Shown here piece by piece: positions 1-8,916 of a DNA stretch of 64,000 nucleotides. The stretch comes from a virus (lineage: Duplodnaviria > Heunggongvirae > Uroviricota > Caudoviricetes): IMG/VR virus record IMGVR_UViG_3300027798_000013; one strand, 5' to 3'. The notes beneath the pieces are model-generated. The model ran no database searches, was not told the origin of the DNA, and saw nothing but the letters and a program-made list of their open reading frames with translations. The number at the start of each line of letters is the position of its first letter. Within the stretch, counting starts at the first letter, position 1. Both the position numbers and the translations under genes were made by a program.

Positions 1-2
1 TT

Positions 3-2057
3 AAATTAAAAGATACTGCATCAAGTATGCAATTTAATGTTGCACAAAATCAAATTGCTGTTTGGGGATTCACCAACGCTAATAACAACTTACAGTCAGG
101 CGCATGGACAAATGCGGCATTTGATAAAGCTGGTGATTTAACCATAAACTGGGACGGCATCACATTAACTAGTACAATTCAAGGTGCTGTTGTATATGCA
201 ACCTATGTTAGTGGTGGTACTGCGGCTACTGGAACATTTAGTGCCACCATTAGTGGAAATATATTGACTGTTTCTGGAAGTCCAACAGTCACAGTACAAA
301 AGGGTATGATGTTAACTGGTGGTACTGTAACAGCAGGAACATATATTGTTGATACTGGATTAACAACTACCTCAGTTACTGGCACTGGCGGAGCTGGAAC
401 ATACTTGATTAATATTCCACAAGTATCAACATGTACAGGCGGAAGTGTTTTCTTATTGACATTAAACAGTTCAACTGGCATTATTCCTGGAATGATCGTT
501 AGTGGTACTGGATATACTGGAAGCCAAGTTGTAACCGGAAGTATCAATGCCAGTGTAGTTTCAATGAGTGCGGTTTATAACACAACACCAAGCGGTAGAT
601 TAGCATTTACCCGCAACGGTGCTGTGAATGACGGCAAGGTCAGCGCAACAGCGGCCATTGCACAAAGCAAGTTGGGAATGAACTTGGCCACTGCTACAAT
701 TAGTGCTGTTCCGACATTGGTAACAGTTACCGCAGGAAGTTTTGTTGTAGGAAAACGTTACAGAATTGCTACAGTGGGAACTACAAACTGGACTGCACCA
801 GGAACTGCTTTATGGGCAGGTGCTACTGCTGGAACTGCTGGTACAATTTTCCAAGCATTTACAATTGGTGGCGGCACCGGTACTGCTATTGATATAGACG
901 CACTACAAGCCGCAACTGGTGTAAGTCAATACGACAGTAGTCAATTTACTGTTACTGACGGCTGGGTAACATTACAAACTTCAACCAGTACGTCAACTGG
1001 TGTTCCATCAACTAAGTTGCAATGGATTACTGGTAACAGTGTGTTGGCCAATATCAGCGGCGTGGCTGCGGCAGTCAGTGTTACCACTACACAGGCCATG
1101 GTGGCCAACGGTGATGGTATACGTAATCAAGATATTTCATCAACTGGAAATAGCACTACAATACCAGTTGGTGGTACTGGTACACTGGCAACTTCAACTG
1201 GTGCTGTTATTAGAACTGGTGTCAAAGCATACGGAGTTATTGGTATCACTGCTACCGGTGCTAACAACATGTTGGTACAAACAGACAGTGGCGGTGTTGT
1301 TGATGTTAAAGGTATTAAAATAAGTTCGTTACCTACAAGTGGCAACATTTTACAAGTTGCTAGTACAACGTTGGAATTTTATACACCAGGTAACTTTAAA
1401 TTCTTAACTGCTGTGGGAACTTCAAGTTCTACCAATACATTCTACGGTACAAGCGATTTTAGTCAAACAGGTGCTACACTACAAAGTAAGACTTTAACAA
1501 CTGGTGCATCGGGCACAGCAGGTACAATTACCGGACAGTGGCAATTTGCGGCCAGTAGTTTGCTTGATGCAAGTTTGGTTACTTTGAAAGTGGCCACTAT
1601 ATCAACAGGCGCAGATGCTACTGGTTGTACAATGCAGGGTACTTACACTTTAAGTGGTGCAAGTAAACTACAAGCTACCTATGCTGACTTGGCAGAATAT
1701 TATGAAGGTGATCAGGAATACGAACCAGGTACTGTGTTGGTGTTTGGTGGAGACAAAGAAGTTACTACCACTGGTGAAATGAACGACACACGTTCAGCAG
1801 GTGTTGTAACAACCAATCCAGCATACGTGATGAACGATGCACAAACTGGCATGCGTGTTTGTTTAGCATTGGCAGGTCGTGTGCCATGTAAGGTAGTGGG
1901 TCGTGTGAAGAAAGGCGACATGCTGACAACATCCAGTACACCGGGTTATGCTGTGCGAGCTACAGATCCAAAACTAGGTAGCATTATTGGTAAAGCACTG
2001 GAAGACAAAGACAACGGCGAAGCTGGAATTATCCAAGTTGCTGTAGGGAGAGTATAA
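3..2057 (+). CDS. Tail fibre-like virion protein (5'-truncated by window), Gly/Thr-rich, with C-terminal YADLAE-type chaperone/autoprocessing-like domain
   Basis: Frame is open from nt 3 (KLKDTASSM...), so the true start lies upstream; C-terminus ATYADLAEYYEGDQEYEPGTVLVFGGDKEVT...GRVPCKVVG is typical of large-phage fibre proteins. Confidence 0.75.
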   Translation, partial: KLKDTASSMQFNVAQNQIAVWGFTNANNNLQSGAWTNAAFDKAGDLTINWDGITLTSTIQGAVVYATYVSGGTAATGTFSATISGNILTVSGSPTVTVQKGMMLTGGTVTAGTYIVDTGLTTTSVTGTGGAGTYLINIPQVSTCTGGSVFLLTLNSSTGIIPGMIVSGTGYTGSQVVTGSINASVVSMSAVYNTTPSGRLAFTRNGAVNDGKVSATAAIAQSKLGMNLATATISAVPTLVTVTAGSFVVGKRYRIATVGTTNWTAPGTALWAGATAGTAGTIFQAFTIGGGTGTAIDIDALQAATGVSQYDSSQFTVTDGWVTLQTSTSTSTGVPSTKLQWITGNSVLANISGVAAAVSVTTTQAMVANGDGIRNQDISSTGNSTTIPVGGTGTLATSTGAVIRTGVKAYGVIGITATGANNMLVQTDSGGVVDVKGIKISSLPTSGNILQVASTTLEFYTPGNFKFLTAVGTSSSTNTFYGTSDFSQTGATLQSKTLTTGASGTAGTITGQWQFAASSLLDASLVTLKVATISTGADATGCTMQGTYTLSGASKLQATYADLAEYYEGDQEYEPGTVLVFGGDKEVTTTGEMNDTRSAGVVTTNPAYVMNDAQTGMRVCLALAGRVPCKVVGRVKKGDMLTTSSTPGYAVRATDPKLGSIIGKALEDKDNGEAGIIQVAVGRV

Positions 2058-2305
2058 TGGCTAAACAAGTAATTAACACTGGCACTGCGGCCAATGCCAA
2101 GAACGGTGACCCGTTGCGCACGGCTTTTACAAAAGTAAATGCAAACTTTACCGAATTGTATACAGCATTAGGCACTGTTCCTAACGGAACCAAAACGGCC
2201 ACTGCTACCGGTACTGCTGGGCAAATCACTTGGGATGCTAACTATATCTATATCTGCACAGCAACTGACACTTGGAAACGTGCGGCGTTGACCGGCAGTT
2301 ATTAA
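2057..2305 (+). CDS. Small baseplate-associated protein with T4 gp9/gp10-like N-terminus
   Basis: MAKQVINTGTAANAKNGDPLRTAFTKVNANFTELY resembles the T4 gp10 N-terminal motif (NIG...DDGTGD.LR....KIN.NF.ELY). Confidence 0.7.
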   Translation: MAKQVINTGTAANAKNGDPLRTAFTKVNANFTELYTALGTVPNGTKTATATGTAGQITWDANYIYICTATDTWKRAALTGSY

Positions 2306-2312
2306 AATACGG

Positions 2313-2318
2313 TAAATA
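2313..2318 (+). promoter_or_regulatory. Late-promoter-like TAAATA motif
   Basis: GGTAAATATA, 25 nt before ATG 2338; the motif recurs before many genes. Confidence 0.55.
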
Positions 2319-2337
2319 TACTAAAGAGAGCGCAAAC

Positions 2338-3126
2338 ATGCCAATTCAAACAATTAATGTAGGAAGCTATGCAAACGATGGGTCAGGTGATGACTTGCGT
2401 GGTGCATTTAAAAAAGTTAACGAAAACTTCAGTTTGCTTGGAACTGACATTCCAATTTCTCAAGCATCAAACTTGGGTGTAAACACCATTGTTGTTAACC
2501 GTTTTTTAACTAAAACTGGTACTGGTCCATATTTGGTAACACTGATTATCAGCCAGCAAAGTGTGGTACCTGTCACCAATCAGTATTTCTATCTAACTGG
2601 CAATACTAATCCCTTGTATAATGGGCACTGGATTTGTACTGCCAGTTCGCAGACACAAATTACATTACGCTATCCCACAGATCCCGGAGTATATGGCACT
2701 GCTGACGGCACAGTCATTAGTTCTACCATTGGAGTTTTTAAAAATAAAAACGACACCACCGCAGAATTTAAAAGTATAACCAGTAGCGATAACAGTATTA
2801 ATATTATTCCAGGCACAAACACAATTGACTTAAAAAGTTCAGCCGGTGTTGTCAATGACCCAGCACCTGTGTTGGGCGGCGATTTAAATATCAATGGCTA
2901 TAGATTAATTGATACCGTAGGAACTGGCGATGTACAAACCACAGTTTATGGTATTCGTGTTGATGTCATGGACGCTATTTTTAGCATGATGGTTCAAACA
3001 AACAGTTTTAATATTGACATGGGAGTTATCATTGGAAATTACAACACCATAGATCTGGACATGGGTTACACATCACCAGGCCTAGGACCGTTGGTTAATA
3101 ATAATTTAGACTTTGGCATAATTTAA
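2338..3126 (+). CDS. Baseplate/virion protein with gp9/gp10-like N-terminus
   Basis: Start reassigned to ATG 2338 (MPIQTINVGSYANDGSGDDLRGAFKKVNENF), matching the gp9/10 motif. Confidence 0.7.
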   Translation: MPIQTINVGSYANDGSGDDLRGAFKKVNENFSLLGTDIPISQASNLGVNTIVVNRFLTKTGTGPYLVTLIISQQSVVPVTNQYFYLTGNTNPLYNGHWICTASSQTQITLRYPTDPGVYGTADGTVISSTIGVFKNKNDTTAEFKSITSSDNSINIIPGTNTIDLKSSAGVVNDPAPVLGGDLNINGYRLIDTVGTGDVQTTVYGIRVDVMDAIFSMMVQTNSFNIDMGVIIGNYNTIDLDMGYTSPGLGPLVNNNLDFGII

Positions 3127-3151
3127 TTGTCTAAGTCGCCGGAATTAAAAA

Positions 3152-5665
3152 ATGCTTAATGTTTGGACAAAACCCTCTGGATACACGTTACCTGGTATTT
3201 CAGGACTTACTGGAAATCTTGCGTTAGACACTGCAAGAACATCCTTCGACGGCCGAACCACTACATTTGACACAGGAACATTCCAAGAACGTGTGGTTGT
3301 AAATATACCTCTGCCAACTACAGGAAATTTAACTGGTATTACCTTTAGACTGATTTCAGGAAAATTACCAGAAGGTTTAAAAGTCAACGGGGCGTTTATT
3401 GCAGGCAATCCTTATAATGTTGCTAGAACTACTACATTTATATTTTGTGTACGTGCGCAGTTGGGTACTGATATTTCCGACAGAACATTTAATATAATAG
3501 TCAATGGCGGACAACTTCCCACTATAGTTACTCCAGCAGGCTTGTTGCCAGTTGGGCGATACGGTCAAAAATTCGCTGTAGGAAAATCAGTAATTGATTA
3601 TCAATTGAGTGCATTTGATCCAGATGGAGAAGCCTTAACTTATTTTATATCTTCAGGAGACGGAAAGTTGCCGCCGGGCGTAACACTATTGCCCAATGGC
3701 AAACTTACTGGCTTGGTCGAAACTGTGGCCAATGTGGATGTTAGAACATCTGGAGACGGCACTTATGATAACAGCTTTTATGACACATCATATTTTGACT
3801 TTGGTTTAAGAAGTACCAGCGGATATGACAGCTATATTTTTGACACAACTGATTTTGATTACAGCACTCCCACAAGAACTCCTAGAAATTTAAATCAAAC
3901 TTATGAATTTTTAGTAAGCGTTTCGACTGGCAGTGTTATTGTCAAACGAAAATTTGCAATTTTTGTAATAGGTGAAGACAGCTTTCATGCTGACTATACA
4001 CAAATTACAGACGATTCAGAACTGTTTACCGCAGACGTCACATTCTTACAAGAACCCATTTGGTTAACTAACAGCAATCTTGGCGTTTGTAGAGCAGATA
4101 ATTACGTTATGTTTGCTCTTGAATGTTTAGAAATTGTTGATAGTTTTCCTATCGTCTTTACAATAAACAATGTAAACAATTTGCCTCCGGGTTTAACATT
4201 CAACCCCGTTGACTCCACTGTGTATATTGCAGGACGTATTCCATTCCAAACATCCATTGCTAAATCTTATACGTTTACTGTTACTGCATCCCGTACCGGA
4301 GAAGATGTACAGCCCGCAGTAACAAGTAGAACATTTACAATACGTGTGATTGGAGAGATTGATAATAATATCACTTGGAACAGTCCGTACAATCTTGGAG
4401 AAATATCTGCTAATTTTGTATCGGATCTTTCAGTATCAGCCAGTTCAAGTTTAAATTCAAATTTAATTTATACCATTAGTTCTGGAAGTTTACCTCCAGG
4501 TTTGATATTATCCAGCGATGGCGAAATCACTGGCAAAGTTAATCAATTTGGTGTTGCAAACATCAGTAGAGAAATTTCTATAGACAACGACGCATTAACC
4601 TTGGACAACAGGTTTACAACAATTGACAAGGGCCATCAATATGATATCATTGGTGTACGTGGATTAATATTGTTTGATTCACAAAATAGTTTGTTTAGCA
4701 TAGACAGCGGCACAACTACTTTTGACAGATCATATAAGTTTACTGTGTTGGTTAAAGATCAGTATGGATTTGCAGACAGTACAAAAGAATTTTTTATTAA
4801 AGTTACTACACCAAATCAAAAATTATACAGTAATATTCGAACTCAGCCTTTATTAAGTATTCCGCAAAGAACTGTGTTTAAGCAGTTTATCACAGACACT
4901 GATATATTCACCAGCACAAGTATTTTCCGTCCGGGAGATTCAAATTTTGGAGTCAAAAGAGATTTAGGAATGTTAATCTATTCTGGAATAGAAACTAGCG
5001 AGGCCGCTAAATTTTTGGGTGCAATGGGACTGAATAACAAACGTAAACGTTTTCAATTTGGATCCATTAAAAAAGCAGTTGCTATTAAAGACAGCGCAAT
5101 AACATACGAAATTGTTTATATTGAAATGATAGATCCTTTAGAAATTAATGGTATCGCTCCTGGCCAAACAATTACTAACAATGCACGAGATCAGTATAAA
5201 TTGACTGGAGATATAAGCAACGAGATTTGGGCAAGTCCAGTGGATCCTGCTGGAATAACAGCTATGGAATTAGCAGAAAGTTGGCTGGATCGTCCAATCA
5301 ATAACATAACTATAGACAGCACAGCATACAATATTTCAGATACTGCGCCAAAAAAACACTATATTAACAGCATATCCAACTGGCGAAATAATTTGGCAGA
5401 CACTGGAACTACTGAAAGAAACTACTTGCCCTTATGGATGCGCAGTATACAGCCTGGTGAAAAGTTGCAGTTGGGGTTTAAACTTGCTGTGCCCCTGTGC
5501 TATTGTTTGCCAGGAAAAGCAGATGATATTATTATTAATATCAAATATAGCGGTTTTGACTTCAAATTGCTGGATTATACCGCAGATCGCTATATCATAG
5601 ATTCAGTCACTGGATATTCTAACGATAAATATCTAGTGTTTAAAAATCACAGTAGCATAGTGTAA
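3152..5665 (+). CDS. Large baseplate wedge-like structural protein with repeated Ig-like (He_PIG/cadherin-type) domains
   Basis: Repeated 'Y.L.SG.LPPG..L...G...G' units; structural gene context. Confidence 0.65.
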   Translation: MLNVWTKPSGYTLPGISGLTGNLALDTARTSFDGRTTTFDTGTFQERVVVNIPLPTTGNLTGITFRLISGKLPEGLKVNGAFIAGNPYNVARTTTFIFCVRAQLGTDISDRTFNIIVNGGQLPTIVTPAGLLPVGRYGQKFAVGKSVIDYQLSAFDPDGEALTYFISSGDGKLPPGVTLLPNGKLTGLVETVANVDVRTSGDGTYDNSFYDTSYFDFGLRSTSGYDSYIFDTTDFDYSTPTRTPRNLNQTYEFLVSVSTGSVIVKRKFAIFVIGEDSFHADYTQITDDSELFTADVTFLQEPIWLTNSNLGVCRADNYVMFALECLEIVDSFPIVFTINNVNNLPPGLTFNPVDSTVYIAGRIPFQTSIAKSYTFTVTASRTGEDVQPAVTSRTFTIRVIGEIDNNITWNSPYNLGEISANFVSDLSVSASSSLNSNLIYTISSGSLPPGLILSSDGEITGKVNQFGVANISREISIDNDALTLDNRFTTIDKGHQYDIIGVRGLILFDSQNSLFSIDSGTTTFDRSYKFTVLVKDQYGFADSTKEFFIKVTTPNQKLYSNIRTQPLLSIPQRTVFKQFITDTDIFTSTSIFRPGDSNFGVKRDLGMLIYSGIETSEAAKFLGAMGLNNKRKRFQFGSIKKAVAIKDSAITYEIVYIEMIDPLEINGIAPGQTITNNARDQYKLTGDISNEIWASPVDPAGITAMELAESWLDRPINNITIDSTAYNISDTAPKKHYINSISNWRNNLADTGTTERNYLPLWMRSIQPGEKLQLGFKLAVPLCYCLPGKADDIIINIKYSGFDFKLLDYTADRYIIDSVTGYSNDKYLVFKNHSSIV

Positions 5666-5672
5666 CGAACGA

Positions 5673-5689
5673 TAAATACACAGTAAATA
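5673..5689 (+). promoter_or_regulatory. Tandem late-promoter-like TAAATA motifs
   Basis: TAAATA at 5673-5678 and 5684-5689, before ATG 5704. Confidence 0.55.
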
Positions 5690-5703
5690 TATAGGATGAA
5701 AGT

Positions 5704-7002
5704 ATGTCAAACCCAACCGCAAGTTTAATCAACTTTGGCTCAGTAGATGCCACATACCCTGTTGCAGGGCAGGACAACAACAGCCAAGGTTTTAGAGATA
5801 ACTTTGGTACAATTAAGACTGGCTTAGGACAAGCCAGTACAGAAATTACTGCGTTACAAAACAATGCGGCATTCAAAAATTCCGCTAACGATTTTGGACA
5901 GAACACGTTATCAAATGCTGTTATTAAAACATTTTATGGCGTGGCATTGGATTTAGGTACCATTGTTACCAACACTGATATTAGTTTAACCAATGGCCCA
6001 TTGCAAAGTGTAACACTTGCTACCAACGCTACACTTACATTTAAAAATTGGCCAACCACTGGCAAATATGCGGCTGTGCGTATGATGCTTTATAGCGACC
6101 AAACTGCTGTTCGTATTCCCAGTTTTTCAACAGAAAATGCAGGTACACTACGTTATGACACGGCGTTCCCAACATTACCAAATAGTTCAAGCACCAGAGG
6201 CATCACAGTTGGTGGAGAAAGTTTAGCTACCGCAGTGGTTGGCAGTCCCGGTTCAGGTTATACCAGTGCGGCAACTGTGGTATTCAGCGGTGGTGGTTTG
6301 CAAACAAACGGTACACAAGCAACCGGAACAGCTACTTATACTTGCGTAAGTGCCACAATTGTTGGCGGTTACTCTGGTAACAGTTATAAACTAAACGATC
6401 AAATTATCATCAATGCAAATTCTGGAATTATTTTACAAGTCAGCGCATTGAATCTAACATTACTTGCTAATACCACTAACGGGCAGGCCAACTTGACAAA
6501 CGTAACGGATTTTAGAAACATTGCGGCTGGTGTAGCTCTTACTGGTGCAGGTATTCCAGTTGGGACTACAGTAAACTCATTCAGTGAGTCAGGCGGCACA
6601 ATTACTATGAGTGCAACAGCACAGGCAACTGCTACCGGTGTAACAGTTACTTACAGTGACGGTACATTGACAGGCCCGATCGGTGGCCTGATTGTCAGCT
6701 CAGGCGGAACCCTGCCATTGCCATTGGGCACAACATCTTATTCTACTAGTCCAATTGTTGGTATTGGTTTTGGCGCCCGAGTGATAATGGGATTCGGAGT
6801 TGGCGGAATAGTTGTTACTAACTACGGTGACGGTTACACCAGTCCTCCAAGTGTTTCATTTAATCCAACTGGTGGTGGATCGAATACATCGGTGACAACT
6901 GCAATTACCGCATTGACCGGTGATAACCCAAAAGTTATCGAAGCCTGGACACGTGATGCTGGCGCAAACGTGTACATGCGATATATTGGCGAATATAACT
7001 AA
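5704..7002 (+). CDS. Virion structural protein (tail/baseplate, Gly/Thr-rich)
   Basis: N-terminus INFGSVDATYPVAGQDNNSQGFRDNF; beta-rich composition; structural context. Confidence 0.6.
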   Translation: MSNPTASLINFGSVDATYPVAGQDNNSQGFRDNFGTIKTGLGQASTEITALQNNAAFKNSANDFGQNTLSNAVIKTFYGVALDLGTIVTNTDISLTNGPLQSVTLATNATLTFKNWPTTGKYAAVRMMLYSDQTAVRIPSFSTENAGTLRYDTAFPTLPNSSSTRGITVGGESLATAVVGSPGSGYTSAATVVFSGGGLQTNGTQATGTATYTCVSATIVGGYSGNSYKLNDQIIINANSGIILQVSALNLTLLANTTNGQANLTNVTDFRNIAAGVALTGAGIPVGTTVNSFSESGGTITMSATAQATATGVTVTYSDGTLTGPIGGLIVSSGGTLPLPLGTTSYSTSPIVGIGFGARVIMGFGVGGIVVTNYGDGYTSPPSVSFNPTGGGSNTSVTTAITALTGDNPKVIEAWTRDAGANVYMRYIGEYN

Positions 7003-7226
7003 TGCATCCATTAGTTAATGAACTGTCTGGATTGAAGGATCAAGAAATACACAATAAGATAAATGATCTTACCAAAAAGTATTTTATGACACGCAATCCA
7101 GATATTCAAAGACAAATTGCCAATATCTTAGACGAGTTACGTATCGAACTCAGTGATCGAAATCGCCGAATAATCGAAGAACAAATGAAAGATAAAAACC
7201 TTGACAGTTTAATTAAACTCAGTTAA
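7002..7226 (+). CDS. Hypothetical protein (helical)
   Basis: ORF overlapping the upstream stop (TAATG). Confidence 0.7.
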   Translation: MHPLVNELSGLKDQEIHNKINDLTKKYFMTRNPDIQRQIANILDELRIELSDRNRRIIEEQMKDKNLDSLIKLS

Positions 7227-7229
7227 ACT
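7201..7229 (+). promoter_or_regulatory. sigma70-type promoter
   Basis: TTGACA-N17-TAAACT just upstream of ATG 7237. Confidence 0.6.
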
Positions 7230-7236
7230 ATAGGCT

Positions 7237-7746
7237 ATGCGCCTAGACAAGTATTCCAATCCTATATTTTCAGAACAAGACCTATTTGATGCCTTGTATC
7301 AAAGCCATCAATTCAATGTCAACGACACCATGCTTGTTGAACGAACAGAGTCTATCAAACAATTAGAAACTGAACTTGGTTTCAAATTTCTTGAACCTTA
7401 CGAAACTCACTTTGAGGTAAGTGATTATGATTCAGCTTGCCAAAGCAATTGGTTTATGCCCAATGAATACAAAACACTGGACATCGAAGCATGGATATGG
7501 AAACAAACACCACCGTGGGATCCTCAACACTCTAGAGTAACTGAGGAACTGGCCGCGTTTAAAGAACGCAATATGATAGATTTATTACGGTGGTTAAAAT
7601 ACTTTGTAGACACTTGCCAAGCTAATAATACCGTTTGGGGTGTTGGTCGGGGCAGTAGTGTGGCTAGTTACGTGCTATTTTTAATAGGCGTACATAGAAT
7701 TGACAGTATAAAATATAATTTAGACTGGCAGGAATTCTTGAGATAA
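7237..7746 (+). CDS. DNA polymerase III alpha (DnaE)-like N-terminal fragment
   Basis: RVTEEL...VWGVGRGSSVASYVLFLIGVHRIDSIKYNLDWQEFLR matches DnaE 'GPGRGS.AGSLVAY.L.IT..DP....L.FERFL'; stops before the catalytic PDxDxD motif. Confidence 0.75.
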   Translation: MRLDKYSNPIFSEQDLFDALYQSHQFNVNDTMLVERTESIKQLETELGFKFLEPYETHFEVSDYDSACQSNWFMPNEYKTLDIEAWIWKQTPPWDPQHSRVTEELAAFKERNMIDLLRWLKYFVDTCQANNTVWGVGRGSSVASYVLFLIGVHRIDSIKYNLDWQEFLR

Positions 7747-7772
7747 GTAATATCATAATCCAGGAGATTAAT

Positions 7773-7994
7773 ATGGCAATGAAAGAACAACCAAAAAAAG
7801 TTTATCGTACAATGCAAGGTAAAGAAATTGATATGGGTAAACTAATTAACCAAAACGAAATGACTATTGCTGTGGGCAATATGCGTGTTAATGCTCGAGG
7901 TGACAAATTAGGCCCCGGTGGCAAAATTGTTCAAACTAGAGAAGAATTGCTAGCAGAGAAACAACAAGCAAATGATACCACAGGCGGCGTATGA
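7773..7994 (+). CDS. Hypothetical protein
   Basis: ORF with GGAG RBS; ATGA overlap with next gene. Confidence 0.75.
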   Translation: MAMKEQPKKVYRTMQGKEIDMGKLINQNEMTIAVGNMRVNARGDKLGPGGKIVQTREELLAEKQQANDTTGGV

Positions 7995-8392
7995 GTGTAG
8001 TAAAAGGAAAACTTATACCTGTACGTGACAATGTCCTTATTTCAGATATGGATTTCGGAGAGCAAAAATCCAAAGGTGGAATTGTTATTCTCAGTGACGA
8101 TGGCAAAAGCGAGGGCGTTAAGAATCGTTGGGGCAAAGTTTGGGCCGTTGGCGCTGAACAAAAAGATGTAAAAGTAGGTGAATGGATTTTACTTGAACAT
8201 GGCCGTTGGTCTCGCGGTATTACCATCGAGCATGAAGATGGTACTCAAACTATTATTCGTCGTGCTGATATCAAAGCTATTTTGGCGGTTGCCGATGATA
8301 AACCAAGCGAAATTATTCACGGTGTACACGAGTCAGTTACTCATGCCACTGTTGATCCATCCACGTTTGTGAATAAATCTTTCGAAAATTAA
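7991..8392 (+). CDS. groES: GroES-like co-chaperonin with C-terminal extension
   Basis: LIPVRDNVLI...KSKGGIVIL...GKVWAVG...VKVGEWIL follows the Cpn10 pattern. Confidence 0.8.
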   Translation: MSVVKGKLIPVRDNVLISDMDFGEQKSKGGIVILSDDGKSEGVKNRWGKVWAVGAEQKDVKVGEWILLEHGRWSRGITIEHEDGTQTIIRRADIKAILAVADDKPSEIIHGVHESVTHATVDPSTFVNKSFEN

Positions 8393-8408
8393 TTTTATTA
8401 TTTCGAGC

Positions 8409-8435
8409 AACAGGGCTATTGACTAGCCCTGTTTT
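8409..8435 (+). terminator. Intrinsic terminator-like hairpin after groES
   Basis: AACAGGGCTA-TTGAC-TAGCCCTGTT, perfect 10-bp stem ending in TTTT. Confidence 0.7.
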
Positions 8436-8447
8436 CACCTGTACAAT
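8419..8447 (+). promoter_or_regulatory. sigma70-type promoter
   Basis: TTGACT-N17-TACAAT. Confidence 0.7.
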
Positions 8448-8455
8448 AAACATTA

Positions 8456-8695
8456 TTGGAGAACATTATGAGTACACATGGCGAAGCAGTAGAAGATATT
8501 AAAAAGGCAAAAAGTGTTTTAGACGCAGGAAAAACTACAGTAACTAACAAAATTTTTACACATACTAGCGTTAGTATGATTAAAAGTGGATTTCGCATTT
8601 TAGCAGGTTTAGCATTATGTTTTGGTGATTTTGTAGTTGCCGGGGCATTGTTAATTGTTGCAGAGTTACTAGGAATTGCAGAGGAATTAGTATGA
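8456..8695 (+). CDS. Hypothetical membrane protein
   Basis: Hydrophobic C-terminal half; start could be ATG 8468 after GGAG. Confidence 0.65.
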   Translation: MENIMSTHGEAVEDIKKAKSVLDAGKTTVTNKIFTHTSVSMIKSGFRILAGLALCFGDFVVAGALLIVAELLGIAEELV

Positions 8696-8916
8696 TTGCT
8701 GATGATCAATTACAAGAATTATATTCTAAAAATTTAGCATTTGTGGATACACTGTGTGGTGAGTATGGTGCTATGGAAGTTGCGGGAATTATGATGGCAC
8801 AATCTCTTACCATTTACAAAAGTTCATTAAGTGAAAAAGAATATAATCAGATTGTTGACAATATTTCAGCAAGTAGAGACAGAGTTAAAACATTTGAAAG
8901 GCCAGTGATACAATGA
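8692..8916 (+). CDS. Hypothetical protein
   Basis: ATGA overlaps on both sides. Confidence 0.7.
   Translation: MIADDQLQELYSKNLAFVDTLCGEYGAMEVAGIMMAQSLTIYKSSLSEKEYNQIVDNISASRDRVKTFERPVIQ

Noticed and set aside
7237-7746. Frameshifted pseudogene of a full-length dnaE
   Set aside because: The downstream sequence encodes unrelated, well-formed genes with RBSs, not the rest of DnaE in another frame; the fragment has its own promoter and a clean stop.
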